Below, one piece after another: positions 31,052-44,504 of a DNA stretch of 64,000 bases. The first letter of the stretch is position 1. Each line of letters starts with the position of its first letter. The stretch covers positions 13,516,001 through 13,580,000 of the forward strand of contig OX597836.1 of assembly GCA_951406725.2 (NCBI GenBank), in the 5' to 3' direction. The DNA comes from Octopus vulgaris (Eukaryota). The notes below the pieces were generated by a model. It was not told where the DNA came from, made no database searches, and saw only the letters and a list, made by a program, of their open reading frames with translations. The position numbers were made by a program, and so were the translations under genes.

Positions 31052-31662
31052 TTATGCATTCATATTTAGGCGTGTTTTGAATTTTTCGATATATAAACTT
31101 ACTTTATTTAAATGTTCTTGCACAGAAATTGTTTCTTTACACTGGTAGATGGGGAAAACTGTAAAATTTGGTTGGAGATTCCCTGCACATCTCTGTATGT
31201 GTTCACTCAAAGGTATTTGTCTATACTTTGGGAAACGGATCTGTTCCTTATGTAGTGTGGTTCTCCGCTTAAGTGCCATACTTGTCTGTCCTATATAGTT
31301 ATCTCCATAACCTGAACAAGTTATAACATAAATTAAATTCTGGGATGCACAAGTGAAGTTGGTCTAAATTGTAAACCTATTCTTGTTTGAATTGGAATTG
31401 TGAGCCTTCCAGTAGGTTGGGGAATGTTCCCAACCTACTGGAAGGCTCAGAAGTTTGGACGTCCACATTTTCTAACCATTGGTTTCGTGGTTGTTGTGTA
31501 AAACTTCACATTTGTCAAAAGCATTTTCAGCGATTTAGGTAGCTTTTACTTATGATGAATTTATGTGTTTTTAGAACGTTGTTCATTTTGGGATCCCTAG
31601 TGAACATTGGTAGATTTTGTACAATAGTGTTGTATGCCTCATTGTTTCTAGGGTTCTGTGTT
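31052..31662 (-). pseudogene. Penelope-like element remnant (linker and GIY-YIG endonuclease)
   Basis: STQNPRNN...KCGRPN...NFTCASQNLIYVITCSGYGDNYIGQTSMALKRRTTLHKEQIR...EHIQRC. Confidence 0.88.
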
Positions 31663-31801
31663 GATATATATATATATATTAATGAATATATATATATATG
31701 TGTAGTATTATGGTGTCTATGCACACGTTTTTATATTTTACATTTTTATATTTATATGTATATGGAAAAAATAATTTTTTCACAATTATAATTTATTAAA
31801 T

Positions 31802-31912
31802 TCTTTGAAGAGGCCGTGGGGCATCCTTGTTAATGTCTCATTTATACCTGCCTTATATGGCTTATAGGTTAAATGAGGCATGCTTGCCCTTATTGCCGAA
31901 ACAGCTGTCAGA
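31802..31912 (+). ncRNA. PLE-type hammerhead with long stem II, in a pLTR (about 31690-32100)
   Basis: TCT-TTGAAGA-GGC...GCC-GAAA-CAGCTG-TC-AGA. Paralogue at 45750. Confidence 0.7.
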
Positions 31913-32097
31913 TATGATATAATTACATATTATATTTTATATTTTATATTTCTATTTCCTTGTCTAATTATATTTACAATATATTTTGTATAATGCCTTT
32001 ACTGTTATGTAATGGTGTAATAAAGTATTGTTTGGGTATCATCTGATGGTTGATGTTTGATTGATTTAAGTATGTTTCTCCATTTTCTAATTTTGTA

Positions 32098-32153
<56 letters not shown>

Positions 32154-32194
32154 GTATATGTATATGTGTATATATATATGTATATGTATATATA

Positions 32195-32420
32195 CTCTTA
32201 CTCTTTACTCTTTTACTTTTCAGTCATTTGACTGCGGCCATGCTCGAGCGCCGCCTTTAGTCGAGCAAATCGACCCCAGTACTTATTCTTTGTAAGCTTA
32301 GTACTTATTCTATCGGTCCCTTTTGCTGAACCGCTAAGTTACGGGAACGTAAACATACCAGCATCGGTTGTCAAGCGAGTTTGCGGGGACACAGACACAC
32401 AAACACACACACACATATAT
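32195..32420 (-). mobile_element. SINE B 3' half
   Basis: B tail homology. Confidence 0.85.
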
Positions 32421-33244
32421 GTGCTCACTTTCCTTCCACTTTTCATTTCACTGTGTCCCTGTCATTTTTTCTCGCCCCTCCTTAATTCTTCTGTCCGTCT
32501 GCCTCTCTCTCTTCTCTTCCCACGTGACCGGCGTTCGCCCAAGCCTGATCTTTCTTCCTTGGTCTGGCAGTTGTCCGTGTAACATCGATATTCCTCCCTT
32601 TGTGTGTGAAATTTTGTATCTCTGCCATAAGGCTTCATTTCAACACACGCCAGTTTAATTTAATTCGTCCTTAGTTCGAAAGGCACCTGTTGTTATGTCC
32701 TGTTATTATTTTTTTTTTTTTGTATTTGTGCAACATTATCCATTTTGCCGTCCTTGTTTTTGTATACATTCGCTGCTTTCTTCCAAGGAATCTAATGCTC
32801 TTAGCTTAGTTTTTCCTTGGGGTTGGCCAGATTGGAGCAATCTCGAGTATAACCAGCCGAAACTGCGAAGATAATCTGGAACTCGACTGAGGAAAGAAAA
32901 CTCCGAATGACCCGTCCTTGTTTTCTTTGTATCGTCTATCCGGAAGTAAGGAAATGAATATGAACATTTTATAGGCACAAGCATAACCATGTAGTTAAAA
33001 AAGTCCCTTTTCTGCCATTTGAATTCAGGTTCAGACCCGCAAGGCGGCACTTGGACAAGTATCTTCTACTCTAGCTCTGGATCGCCCAGTATCTTGTGAG
33101 TTTAAATTGTGTGGAAACCCATCGTATTTGTGTGTGTGTGTTTGTGTGTGTACGTATGTATGTATGTATGTGTCTGTGTCTTTGTATTTCTGTTTACCAA
33201 TCCCTCCATCGCTTAATAGTTAGTGTTGGTTTGTTTATGTCCCA

Positions 33245-33582
33245 GAAGGCGCGTGGCTCAGTGGTTAGAGCGTCGAGCTTACGATCGTGAGGCTGTGAGC
33301 TCGAATCCCGGACCGAGCTGCGTGTTGTGTTCTTGAGCAAGACACTTTATTTCACGTTGCTCCAGGTCACTCACCTGTTGGAATGAGTTGCGACGTCACA
33401 GGTGCCAAGCTGTATCGATCCCTTTGCCTTTCCCTTGGATAACATCGGTGGCGTGGAGAGGGGAGGCCGGTATGCATGGGCGACTGCTGGCCTTCCATAA
33501 AAACAACCTTGCCCAGACTTGTGCCTCAGAGGGTAACTCTCTAGGTGCAAACCCATGGTCAGTGTCTGACCGAAAGGGGTCA
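33245..33582 (+). mobile_element. SINE C inserted into an older SINE B (about 32975-33757)
   Basis: Full C sequence, with B-like halves on both sides. Confidence 0.85.
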
Positions 33583-33943
33583 CACACAATTCAATAGTAA
33601 TTTAACAGTTCGGACAAAGAGACCAATAGAATACATACCAGACTTAAAAAAAAAAAAAAGATTGACTTCGAGTTCAATTTTTTTCGACTAAATCCTTCGA
33701 GGTTGTATTCCAGAATGGGCGCAGTCCAATGACCGAAACGACAAGTTAAAGACAGAAGGTTTCGTTCAAATGTTAAAGGAATGTTCTGAATTACTCCATA
33801 TGCATGCAGACATCTATATTAGTATACTTAGATCTGTGCAGAGCAAATAGTTGCTTGTCGTGCGCTTGTGTACGGGTGTCTACAGATGACTATCTTCTGC
33901 ATATATACGTGCATATGTGGCCTTTGCGTATGTGTCAACGTGC

Positions 33944-34005
<62 letters not shown>

Positions 34006-34031
34006 GTATACATACATACCTACATATATAC

Positions 34032-34085
<54 letters not shown>

Positions 34086-34123
34086 ATATATATATACATA
34101 CACACATATATAAATATATATAC

Positions 34124-34208
<85 letters not shown>

Positions 34209-34489
34209 AGTATGCATGCATGTATGTATGTATGTATGTATGTATGTATGTATGTATGTATGTATGTATGTATGTATGTATGTGTGCATATTATTGTGTA
34301 GAAGAACCGAAATGCACTTATTTGTCCTCCGAGCCGTTTTTCTCTTCAGTTCTTTTTTTTTTATTGTTGTTGTTTTTTTTTTGTTATTTGCTTGTGTTTT
34401 TTGTTTTCTCTTCTTTTTAGCTTTTCTTTTTTTTACTCGGTGGATGGATGAGTGGGCAGCGGGTGGGGGTTATGAAACAGCAGTGGAAA

Positions 34490-36078
34490 TAATGACGATG
34501 ATATTACTGGTGGTGGTGGTGGTGACGGTGATGGTGGAGGTGGTGGTGGTGGTGGTTGTGGTGGTGGTGGTGGTGGTGGTGGTGATGGTGGTGGTGGTGG
34601 TGGTGATGTTGGTGGTGTCGGTGGTGGCAGCGGCGGCGGTGCAGATGTCGTCGTTTAGCGTTATGGCGTGGTGGCGGTGTCGGTGGTAGAGGTAGAAGTG
34701 TTGGTGGTTCTAGCGATGTTAGTGATATTAGTGGTAGTGAGTGCGTTAGGGGTGGTAGTGATGTTGGTGCTGTTGTTGTTGTTGTCGTTGATGGTGGTGG
34801 TGGTGGTGGTGTTGGTGGCTGTGGTGGTGGTGTTGGTCGTCGTCGTCGTCGTCGAGTTGGTGGTAACGGTGATGACCGTGGTGCATCTCGGTGATGCTGA
34901 TGGTGGTACTGTATTAGTAGTGGTGGTGGTGGTAGTGGTGGTGGTAGTGGTGGTGATAGTGGTAGTGCTTGTAGTGGTGATTTTGGTGGTTGTGATGGTG
35001 GTGGTGGTGGTGGTGGTGGTGGTTGTATTGGTGGTAGTGCTGGTGCTGGTAATGGTAATGGTAATGGTAATGGTGGTGATGGTGGTGGTAGTGGCGATGG
35101 TGGTAGTTGTGGTGAGGTGGTGGTGGTGGTGGTGGTGGTGGCGGTGAAGTGATGATGGTAGTAATTGTGGTGTTGTTAGTACGGGTGGTAGAGGTGTCGG
35201 TTTTCGAATGGGAGGTGATGGTGATGGTGTTGGTAGTAGTCTTGGTGGTCGCTTTGGCATGGAAAGTGGTAGCAGTGGCTATGGTGGGTGTGGTGGTAGT
35301 GATAGCGGTAGAGGTAATAGTTGTGGTAATTGTGATCATGTTGGTGGTAGGAGTGGTGACAGTGGCGGTGGTAGTAGTTGTAGATGTGGTTGCGGTAGAG
35401 ACAGAAGTGACGGTGATGGTTAAGGTTGCAGTGGTAGTGTAGTCGTAGTGGAAGCGGTGGTAGTAGAGGTGATGGTATCGGCGATTTTAGCGGCGGCGGA
35501 GACGGCGGCGACAACGGTGGTGGCAGAGGTGATAGGAATGATGTCGGTGGTAGTTGGGGGGTGGTGATGATGACGGTGTTGGAGACAACAATGATGCTGG
35601 TGGTGGTGGTGGAGATGGAGCTGGTGGTGGTGGTGGTGGTGGTGGTGGTGGTGGTGGTGGTGGTGGAGATGGTGGTGGTGGTGGTGGTGGTGGTGGTGGT
35701 GGTGGTGGTGGTGGTGGTGGTGGAGATGGAGATGGTGGTGGTGGTGGTGGTGGTGGTGGCGGTGGTGGTAGTGGTGGTGGTGGTGGTGGTGGTAGTAGAG
35801 GTGAGATGGAGCTGGTGGTGGTGGTGGTGGTGGTGGTGGTGGTGGTGGTGGCGGTGGTGGTGGTGGTGGTGGTGGTGGTGGTGGTGGAGATGGAGATGGT
35901 GGTGGTGGTGGCGGTGGTGGTGGTGGTGGTGGTGGTGGTGGAGATGGAGATGGTGGTGGTGGTGGTGGTGGTGGTGGCGGTGGTGGTAGTGGTGATGGTG
36001 GTGGTGGTGGTGGTAGTAGAGGTGAGATGGAACTGGTGGTAGTGGTGGTGGTGGTGGTGGCGGCGGTGGTGGTGGTGG
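34490..36078. repeat. (GGT)n-rich trinucleotide tract, about 1.6 kb
   Basis: Direct inspection. Confidence 0.95.
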
Positions 36079-36202
36079 AAATGATGCTATTTATTTTGCT
36101 AACATGATCGTCTGGAGTAATTTAGGTTACTAGACTAAACAGAGATTGCAAAATTGAATTAGAAACGGATCAGCTGTTGCGAAATTTTAGATTTTATTAT
36201 GT

Positions 36203-36235
<33 letters not shown>

Positions 36236-36310
36236 AACACACATATGCACAGATACACGCTCTTTCCTTTTCTGTCACTATGTATGTCTGTATTTACGTA
36301 TGCATGCATG

Positions 36311-36377
<67 letters not shown>

Positions 36378-36427
36378 CATATATCTGTATGTATGTATAT
36401 ATATATATATATATATACTCTCTCTCT

Positions 36428-36765
36428 CTTTTTACTCTTTTACTTGTTTCAGTCATGTGACTGGGGCCATGCTGGAGCACCGCCTTTAGTCGAGCAAATC
36501 GACCCGAGGACTTATTCTTTGTAAGCCTAGTACTTATTCTATTTCTCACTTTTGCCGAACCGCTATGTTATGGGAACGTAAACACACCAGCATCGGTTGT
36601 CAAGCGATGTTGGGGGTGGGGACAAACAGAGACACACAAACACATACACACACATACATACATATATATGCATATATACAACGGGCTTCTTTCAGTTTCC
36701 GTCTACCAAATCCACTCACAAGGCTTTGGTCGGCCCGAGGGTATAGTAGAAGACACTTGCCCAAG

Positions 36766-36809
<44 letters not shown>

Positions 36810-37012
36810 TTTGTGTGTCTGTGTTTGTCCCCCCCCCCACAACATCGCTTGACAATCGATGCTGGTGTATTTACGTCTCCATAACTTAGTAGTTCGGCAA
36901 AAGAGACCGATAGAATAAGTACTAGGCTTACAAAGAATAATTCCTGGGGTCGATCTGCTCGACTAAAGGCGGTGCTTCAGCATGGCCACAGTCAAATGAC
37001 TGAAACAAGTAA
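36428..37012. mobile_element. Two SINE B parts in inverted orientation (36428-36766 minus, 36767-37012 plus)
   Basis: A B tail at each end, pointing outward. Confidence 0.85.
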
Positions 37013-37093
37013 AAAAAAGTACACACATATATATATGCGTGTGTGCACGTGTGTGTATGAATATACCTTGACATGCGTTTATGCATTACATAC

Positions 37094-37144
<51 letters not shown>

Positions 37145-37395
37145 CAGAATATACAATATATATTGTGATATATGACACATTCATATATACGTTGGTATGA
37201 TATATAATACATACACACACATGCACATGCATATATGTGTGCATATGTATGTGTATATATACATGTGTGTATATATATATTTACATATATATATAGTATA
37301 TATATTATATATATATACATATACATATATATATATAGTATATATTTATTATATATATATATATACATATACATATGTATATGTATGTATGTATG

Positions 37396-37496
<101 letters not shown>

Positions 37497-37815
37497 AATT
37501 AAAAACATAATAAATGCACAAATGGGAGACACGCAGAGAAGGTCGCCAACTCCTCACCAGTTGTCGGCAACAGGGTCAAACGCAATTTCGCGCCTTAACA
37601 ATAATTTTGATTCCCCATCTGGTGACAACCGACGGCGAAAACGCCGCTGGGAATTAGCGAGCCAAAAAAAAAACCGGAAAAGAAAATGAAGAAGCAGACA
37701 AGAAATAAACAACTACGCGATACAGAAAGTTTGACATACAAATGTGGAATGAATATAATTCAAAACGAGACAATTAGAGGACTACGAGGGCCATATATGT
37801 GTCCGTAAGTGTGTG

Positions 37816-37860
<45 letters not shown>

Positions 37861-39064
37861 AGAGAGAGAGAAAGAGTGATAAATAGATAGATAGATTGGT
37901 CGATATGTGTGGTTGTGTGCGTACATAAATGCATACTCATGTATGTCGGTGTATGTTTGGCTTTATGTGGTAACAAAGGAACAAACGGAACAACAGAAAA
38001 TGCACAACAATGGCTGCAGTCACGCTCAGACCCTCATCAATTTCGACACGCATGCAAACATAGAACACATACATATATATACATATATCCTTTCCTCTTT
38101 TTCTGCGCATCAATAATAAAAAGAAATGAATTCTATTTCTTTATAATATCTAATAACCCCCCACCCCTTGTAATTCATGGTAAAGATTTGAAACCTCCAC
38201 TTGTATGTTATGTTGCTACTTCTAAACACCCTAACCTAATGGGCCACCAAAGCAGCAACGATAAAAAAAGAAAAGTACTTATGTCTATATTTCACGAACA
38301 GTGAGTCTTTTATTTCAGTTTTTCCTAGTTCGGCTGTGTTTTGTATAAATAGACATTGTTTAATCAGTGACGTGTCACTAGAAGCTCAAATTTGCAAATT
38401 AGTGTATCCTGCAGAGATATGCCTCTTTATATGCAGTTCATCTCTGCTGGTGATTATGGAAAAAAAAAACGAATGCATCTTCATTGAGGAACTAACAACA
38501 AGCCATGAAACGATCCACCAGGTGTTTCCCGTTCTCATTTTCTGTACAGCAATATTATAGAAAGAATGAATTTACATTCTTGTTTAGCTCACAGTGAGGC
38601 GTTGTGGCATTTAAATTATTTCACAGCTTATTATTTAGGCTCTGCTGTGCACAGATATACATACATATTTACACACACACGCAGGCACACACATATATTA
38701 AACATATATTAACACACGCACATAGTATATATACTCACACTCACAAACAAACAGACACACAAACACACACATATATATACATAAATACACACATATGTAT
38801 ATATAGTCATATATACGCATATATATATACACATTATATGTATGTATATAAGCATATATATATATATACATGGTGATATATATATAGTATATATAGTATA
38901 TACATATTGTATGTATGTATATAAGCATATATATATATATAGACATGGTGATATATTTGTGTATATACAGTATATACATAAGTATATATGTGTATATACT
39001 TATTCATATCCACCATATTCATACATCCACAGAAATATATATTCGTGTCAACGTTTATGCGCAT

Positions 39065-39460
39065 AAGTTACGTATTTGTGTCTATAATAGATGTCGCGCA
39101 TTTAAATTATGCCTTCTTACAGGCTCCTGTCTGCACAAAAATGTGATCTACAATTGTAGTGTTATAATACTCGGCTCCAACGACGCAAGGGTATATATCG
39201 GCGGCACCGTAGATTTCAAGCGCCGCTACCGTGAACACATGAACTCTTTCACTAATCCAAATTCTAAACTATCTACCTCCTTAGCAACCATAAATCGCAA
39301 ACCATTCCGTACACCCTATCCTGGTCTATGGTATGTAAAGCTCCTCCATACAATGCAAATATCGCTAAGTGTAAGTTACGTCTAAAAGAATCATTAACCA
39401 TTCTTTGCCTTCACAACTCCTCATTACTCAATAGATTCTCTGATGTTATTTATTCTTGAA
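39065..39460 (+). pseudogene. Penelope-like GIY-YIG endonuclease remnant
   Basis: CLLTGSCLHKNVIYNC...VYIGGTVDFKRRYREHMNSF...STSLA, then after a frameshift WSMVCKAPPY...KCKLRLKESLTIL. Confidence 0.85.
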
Positions 39461-40257
39461 ACAAATATACTATCCAATTTTCACGCTCTTCGCAAAATCT
39501 ATATAATCTTATAAGTTTCCATACTGAAAAAAACCCTTAATCTGAAACAAAGTTAGCTTTACAACCTACTACTTAAAAAATACTAACCCCTCCATTTTAT
39601 TCCTTCACATACACAGATCTCAAATTTCTTCCAAATCAACCACTTCCCACTTTCCTCTTAGCCTCCCTACCGTCCCCAACACATCTCAAATTCCTTCCAA
39701 ATTTTCAAATCAACCACTTTCTACTTTCCTCTTAGCCTCCTCACCATCCTCAACCTCAAACAGTACTTAAAACCCCACTCCTCTGAAAAGTAACCAATCT
39801 ACCTCTAGTTCCTCCCTACATACACCTCTCTATTCAATTTCATACTCCTCCTTTTACCTCAACACCCCCGTCTAATACCAACCCAATTCCTTTGTCCCAC
39901 TAGCAACTACTTATGACCACCTTCTCACCCCCTTTAGCTACTGAACCAGTCAACTCATTTCCCTCAAACAATAGCTATCCCTGTTTCTCTATCTCAACCT
40001 TTAACTCTATAGCCTCATAAAACTATCACAAAGGTCATCATTCACATACTACTTAAACCCCCTTTTACTCCCAACTTCCGCCTCTACTACTATCAGTATT
40101 GACCCCAAACCTGAAATCTATTTTCTCCTCCCACTACCCTCTCTCTAAACGCCCCCAACTTCACTTCCTAACACACTCACTTCTCCACAAAATCAATCCA
40201 TCTTCAAACTCTATCCTGTCAATACCTCAAATGTAAAATTCTCCAATGTAAACCTCT

Positions 40258-40347
40258 CCCCTGAAGAGGGAGGCAGTGTTATCCAATAATGGATCCAAGT
40301 AACCATCATTATTCCGTACCATCAAGCCCCCAGAAACAGCTGTTGGA
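40258..40347 (+). ncRNA. PLE-type hammerhead motif at the 3' end of the 39065 element
   Basis: TCCC-CTGAAGA-GGG...CCCA-GAAA-CAGCTG-TT-GGA. Confidence 0.62.
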
Positions 40348-40521
40348 TTCGCAAGACTCTACCCATTTAACTCTTGATATCTTTTATATTCTATAATTCA
40401 GACTACTTTATATCCATTCATAAGTATATTTTTTCTATCAAATGTATTTAATAATCGATTTGCTTAACTTACTTGTCGTTACATTTACCCATATATGTAT
40501 GTGCGTGCGTGTGTGTGTGTG

Positions 40522-40582
<61 letters not shown>

Positions 40583-40619
40583 CATACACACATATATATA
40601 TATATACATACATATATAA

Positions 40620-40677
<58 letters not shown>

Positions 40678-40894
40678 GGGGAAGACGCTAATAAAACCTA
40701 TGATGTTAATACAGAGGTAATTTTATCGTGGGTTACTATGGGTGATTGTTTATAAAGAAGATAAAATCTAAGATGATGAAAAATGATAGCCCTGCATTTA
40801 AACTGATGTAATGATTGCATTGTTCAATTAAAAGGAGCTGCTTGAAACGGTCGTACTGCATCACTTCTTGATATCCTGTTGCTTATTTTGGTTT

Positions 40895-40932
<38 letters not shown>

Positions 40933-41453
40933 GCGTTCAGTAAAAACTTAGATTCAGATGAATATGTACGTATATACACGCATATAACCTTACGTAATAC
41001 ACGCACACACATATTTGTATACATATTTGTATGTATGTAAATATCATGTCGATGGATTGAACTAATTCGTTTCTACTTACCATAATAGATACCACCATCT
41101 TGATATCGTTTCTTGGTAATATTCAACTCCACCCCTTCAATTTATCTGAAAGGGGTCACCAGATTGTCCCAGGGGATCATCTGTTTAATGTAGTTTACAT
41201 GAAAAGGGGGGAGCAGGAAACAAAATCTATTCAAAATATATATGTGATGCAATTTGGAGTGGAAGTAGAGCTGTGGAAGGAGAAGGCGGAGGAATAGGAG
41301 GGTGAGCAGGGGACTGTGATAGAAGTGAGAGGCAAAAGAAGAAGAAGGAAAAGAAGAATAACAGCAACAATAACAATCAGATTTCCAGAAAACTTTCTTA
41401 TTATTAACGGTGAAGAAAGTGGTGACATATAGAAGTACGCACAAACACAAACA

Positions 41454-41534
<81 letters not shown>

Positions 41535-41649
41535 GTCTATCTATCTACCTACCTATCTAACTATATGTGTGTGTGTACATACATGCATACATATATTACT
41601 GGGGGTGTTATAAAACCTAGACATGTATATATACACACATATATGTATG

Positions 41650-41773
<124 letters not shown>

Positions 41774-42297
41774 AGTGTATATATATATATATATGTATGG
41801 CTGTCTATGCATATGTATATATATGTGAGTGTATGTATATGTGTATGTATGTATGTATGTATGTATGTATGTATGTATCTCCAACAACGAACAGAGTCAA
41901 CATCTATTGACAAGGTTGCAGAAGCAACGAAAATTCTGGAAAAAACATAAATAATAGAAGAGTGGAGATCGAACCGGTGAGTGTGTTAGATAATTAGAGC
42001 GTTAAGAGAATATGACTCATCCCAGACACAATATGGATCTGATCCCTTTGACTCACAGATTTTTTAATTAATTTTTTTAGCTAAACAGTTTGAAACTTCG
42101 TATACTGGTGGAATGTCTGACGCAGAACACGGTTTACTTTGAAAATTTTTGACAAAATTTGGTATTTAATCTAATAAAAGCTTTTATATCGACGAAATCT
42201 GATTGTTGTTGATAATAGTAAGATAAAAATCATGACAATAGCAATACATCTCATAGATGTAAAATAAGGCATTTTGAAACTACATGCACGTCAACAA

Positions 42298-42648
42298 GTG
42301 AAGGCGTATGGCTCAGTGGTTAGAGGGTCGAGCTTACAATCGTGAGGTTGTGAGCTCGAATCCCGGACCGGGTTGCATGTTGTGTTCTTGAGCAAGACAC
42401 TTTATTTCACGTTGCTCCAGTTCACTCAGCTGTAGAAATGAGTTGCGACGTCACAGGTGCCAAGCTGTATCGGCCCCTTTGCCTTTCCCTTGGATAACAC
42501 TGGTGGCGTGGAGAGTGGAGGCCGGTATGCATGGGCGATTGCTGGTCTCCCATAAACAAACTTGCCCGGACTTGTGACTAGGAGGGTAACTTTCTAGGTG
42601 CAATCCCACGATCAGTCATGACCGAAGGGGGTCTCAGCAGCTCAGCAA
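42298..42648 (+). mobile_element. SINE C with TSD
   Basis: TSD CACGTCAACAA at 42287-42297 and 42649-42659. Confidence 0.92.
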
Positions 42649-42898
42649 CACGTCAACAACAAAATACCTTGATGCGAACTCGTAGCTCTATAGGTCTTTA
42701 AAACACCGGTCCACTTTATGTATGGATAAAATACCGAAGTCGGGTAAAGAAATATATGTAAATAGTATTTCTTCCTTCTTGATGTTGATTCATCGATGTT
42801 TACTGGTTACTCTGACGCGTGAACAAAAAAAAACGGGAAAATTGTGTAATATACAACGCAGGCAGTAAACAAAACCAAAAATTAGAACAGGGTGGTGA

Positions 42899-43078
42899 CA
42901 TTATTTACATTATTTTCATTATTTACATTCGACGGATATTTGTCCTCATCTTGTTTGTTGTTAACACAACGTTTTGGCTGATATACCCTCCAGCCTTCTT
43001 CAAGTGTCTTGGGGAAATTTCGAACCTGGGTTCTCATTCCTAAGGTATTTTTCGTTGCTGTTGTTGTTGTTGTTGTTG

Positions 43079-43140
<62 letters not shown>

Positions 43141-43227
43141 GTTGTTGTTGTTCAGGTCACTACTTGGAATCAAACTCGGAATCTTGGTGTTTGTAGCCCG
43201 CACTCTTAACCACTACGCTATATGCGC
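42899..43227 (-). mobile_element. tRNA-headed SINE-like element F carrying a hammerhead motif
   Basis: A box TAGCGTAGTGG, B box GAGTTTGATTCC, (AAC/AAT)n linker, HHR at 42964-43007 and (AATGTAAAT)n tail. Confidence 0.75.
42964..43007 (-). ncRNA. Minimal hammerhead motif with two core substitutions
   Basis: ACAC-TTGAAGA-A-GGCTG...CAGCC-AAAA-CG-TT-GTGT. Stems I and II are perfect. Confidence 0.6.
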
Positions 43228-43772
43228 GTGGGCATATGAGATGACCCGGAATTTGTTCCTCTTCGATTACTATCGTAAACAGCAGTAGCTTTCTTCAACT
43301 GAATACACGTCGTTGATTGGTTGAAATACGACAACTTTAACACGAAATAACTTCTAAAATACCAAATTTTCTCCAAAAATGTTCAAAGTAAACCGTGTTC
43401 TGCATGAGACATTCCACCAGTGTACGAAGTTTCAAATTGTTTAGTTTAGAAAAATTAATTTTAAAAAATCTTGCCTCAGCTTTGATGGAAAGTTAAGTGA
43501 AATACATACGAACTCGGAAACAATTACTTGCAAAGCAAATTTCTAAGCCACACTGCTACGATTGTTGTTATTGTTGTTGTTGTTATCATTGTTGTTGATG
43601 TTATATTTATTACTGAGTCATTTAATTGTTTACTTTGTTTTCTCATATTTCTATTGCTTGCTTTTGTTGTTAGTTTCGTAAGAATTCAGTGAATATCTGA
43701 TCGGGGTGGAGACGTAGTCATTCGCATTGTTTTTGTTGTGAGATTTTTTTTACTGTGGTTGCATATGTGTGT

Positions 43773-43846
<74 letters not shown>

Positions 43847-44504
43847 CACAAACACACATACACACACATACACAGACAGACAGGCGAAGGGTTTTTTTCA
43901 ATATCATTGTCGACGCAGTCAACGTCTTAATAAAGGTCGTTGTCATCGCCATTTTCGTGGTGGTGGTGGTGGTGGTGGAGGTGGTCGCCGTCGTCGTCGT
44001 CATCAGCCATTACCGTTGTCATCATCGTCGTCGTCGCTATTGTCAGCGTTGTCCTCATCATCGTCCTTCCCTTCATCATCATCATCAGCATCATCATCAT
44101 CATCATAATCACCATCGCCCTCATCATCATCACCTCTTTCCTCCTGCTTCTCTTCCTCCCCATCCACATCATCACCAACCTCTCTCATTTATTCCTTTCC
44201 CTCCTCCTCCGGTTTACCATTGCTTTTCGTCCTCCTCTTCCTCCTAATCTACTTCCTGCATTCTTCCTCCATTTTCTTCCTTCTTTAACACATTTTAACG
44301 ACGATCACTTTAAAGTGTGTAATCCCCTAATGCCGTGTTCCGATTTGTGGGCCTCAGTTGGCAGTAATCCTTGGATGGCTTAAGTTTCCCCGATTATCAG
44401 ACTGACTGGATATTGTACGGGATCCCTAAACTAATTCACATACGCGCACACACATACACACAACCACACACAAATGTATGCATGCATGTAAGTATACATA
44501 TACC

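Larger units (their letters stand above)
42057..43471. mobile_element. MITE or DNA-transposon remnant with about 115-bp inverted repeats, hosting two SINE insertions
   Basis: 42057-42168 approximately equals the reverse complement of 43355-43471. Confidence 0.75.

Noticed and set aside
32420-32945. Unclassified segment sharing CCACGTG(A/G)CCGGCGT with 55700-55730 and containing CTGAGGA
   Set aside because: Probably a repeat remnant, but the homology is too short to classify and no HHR fold is evident.
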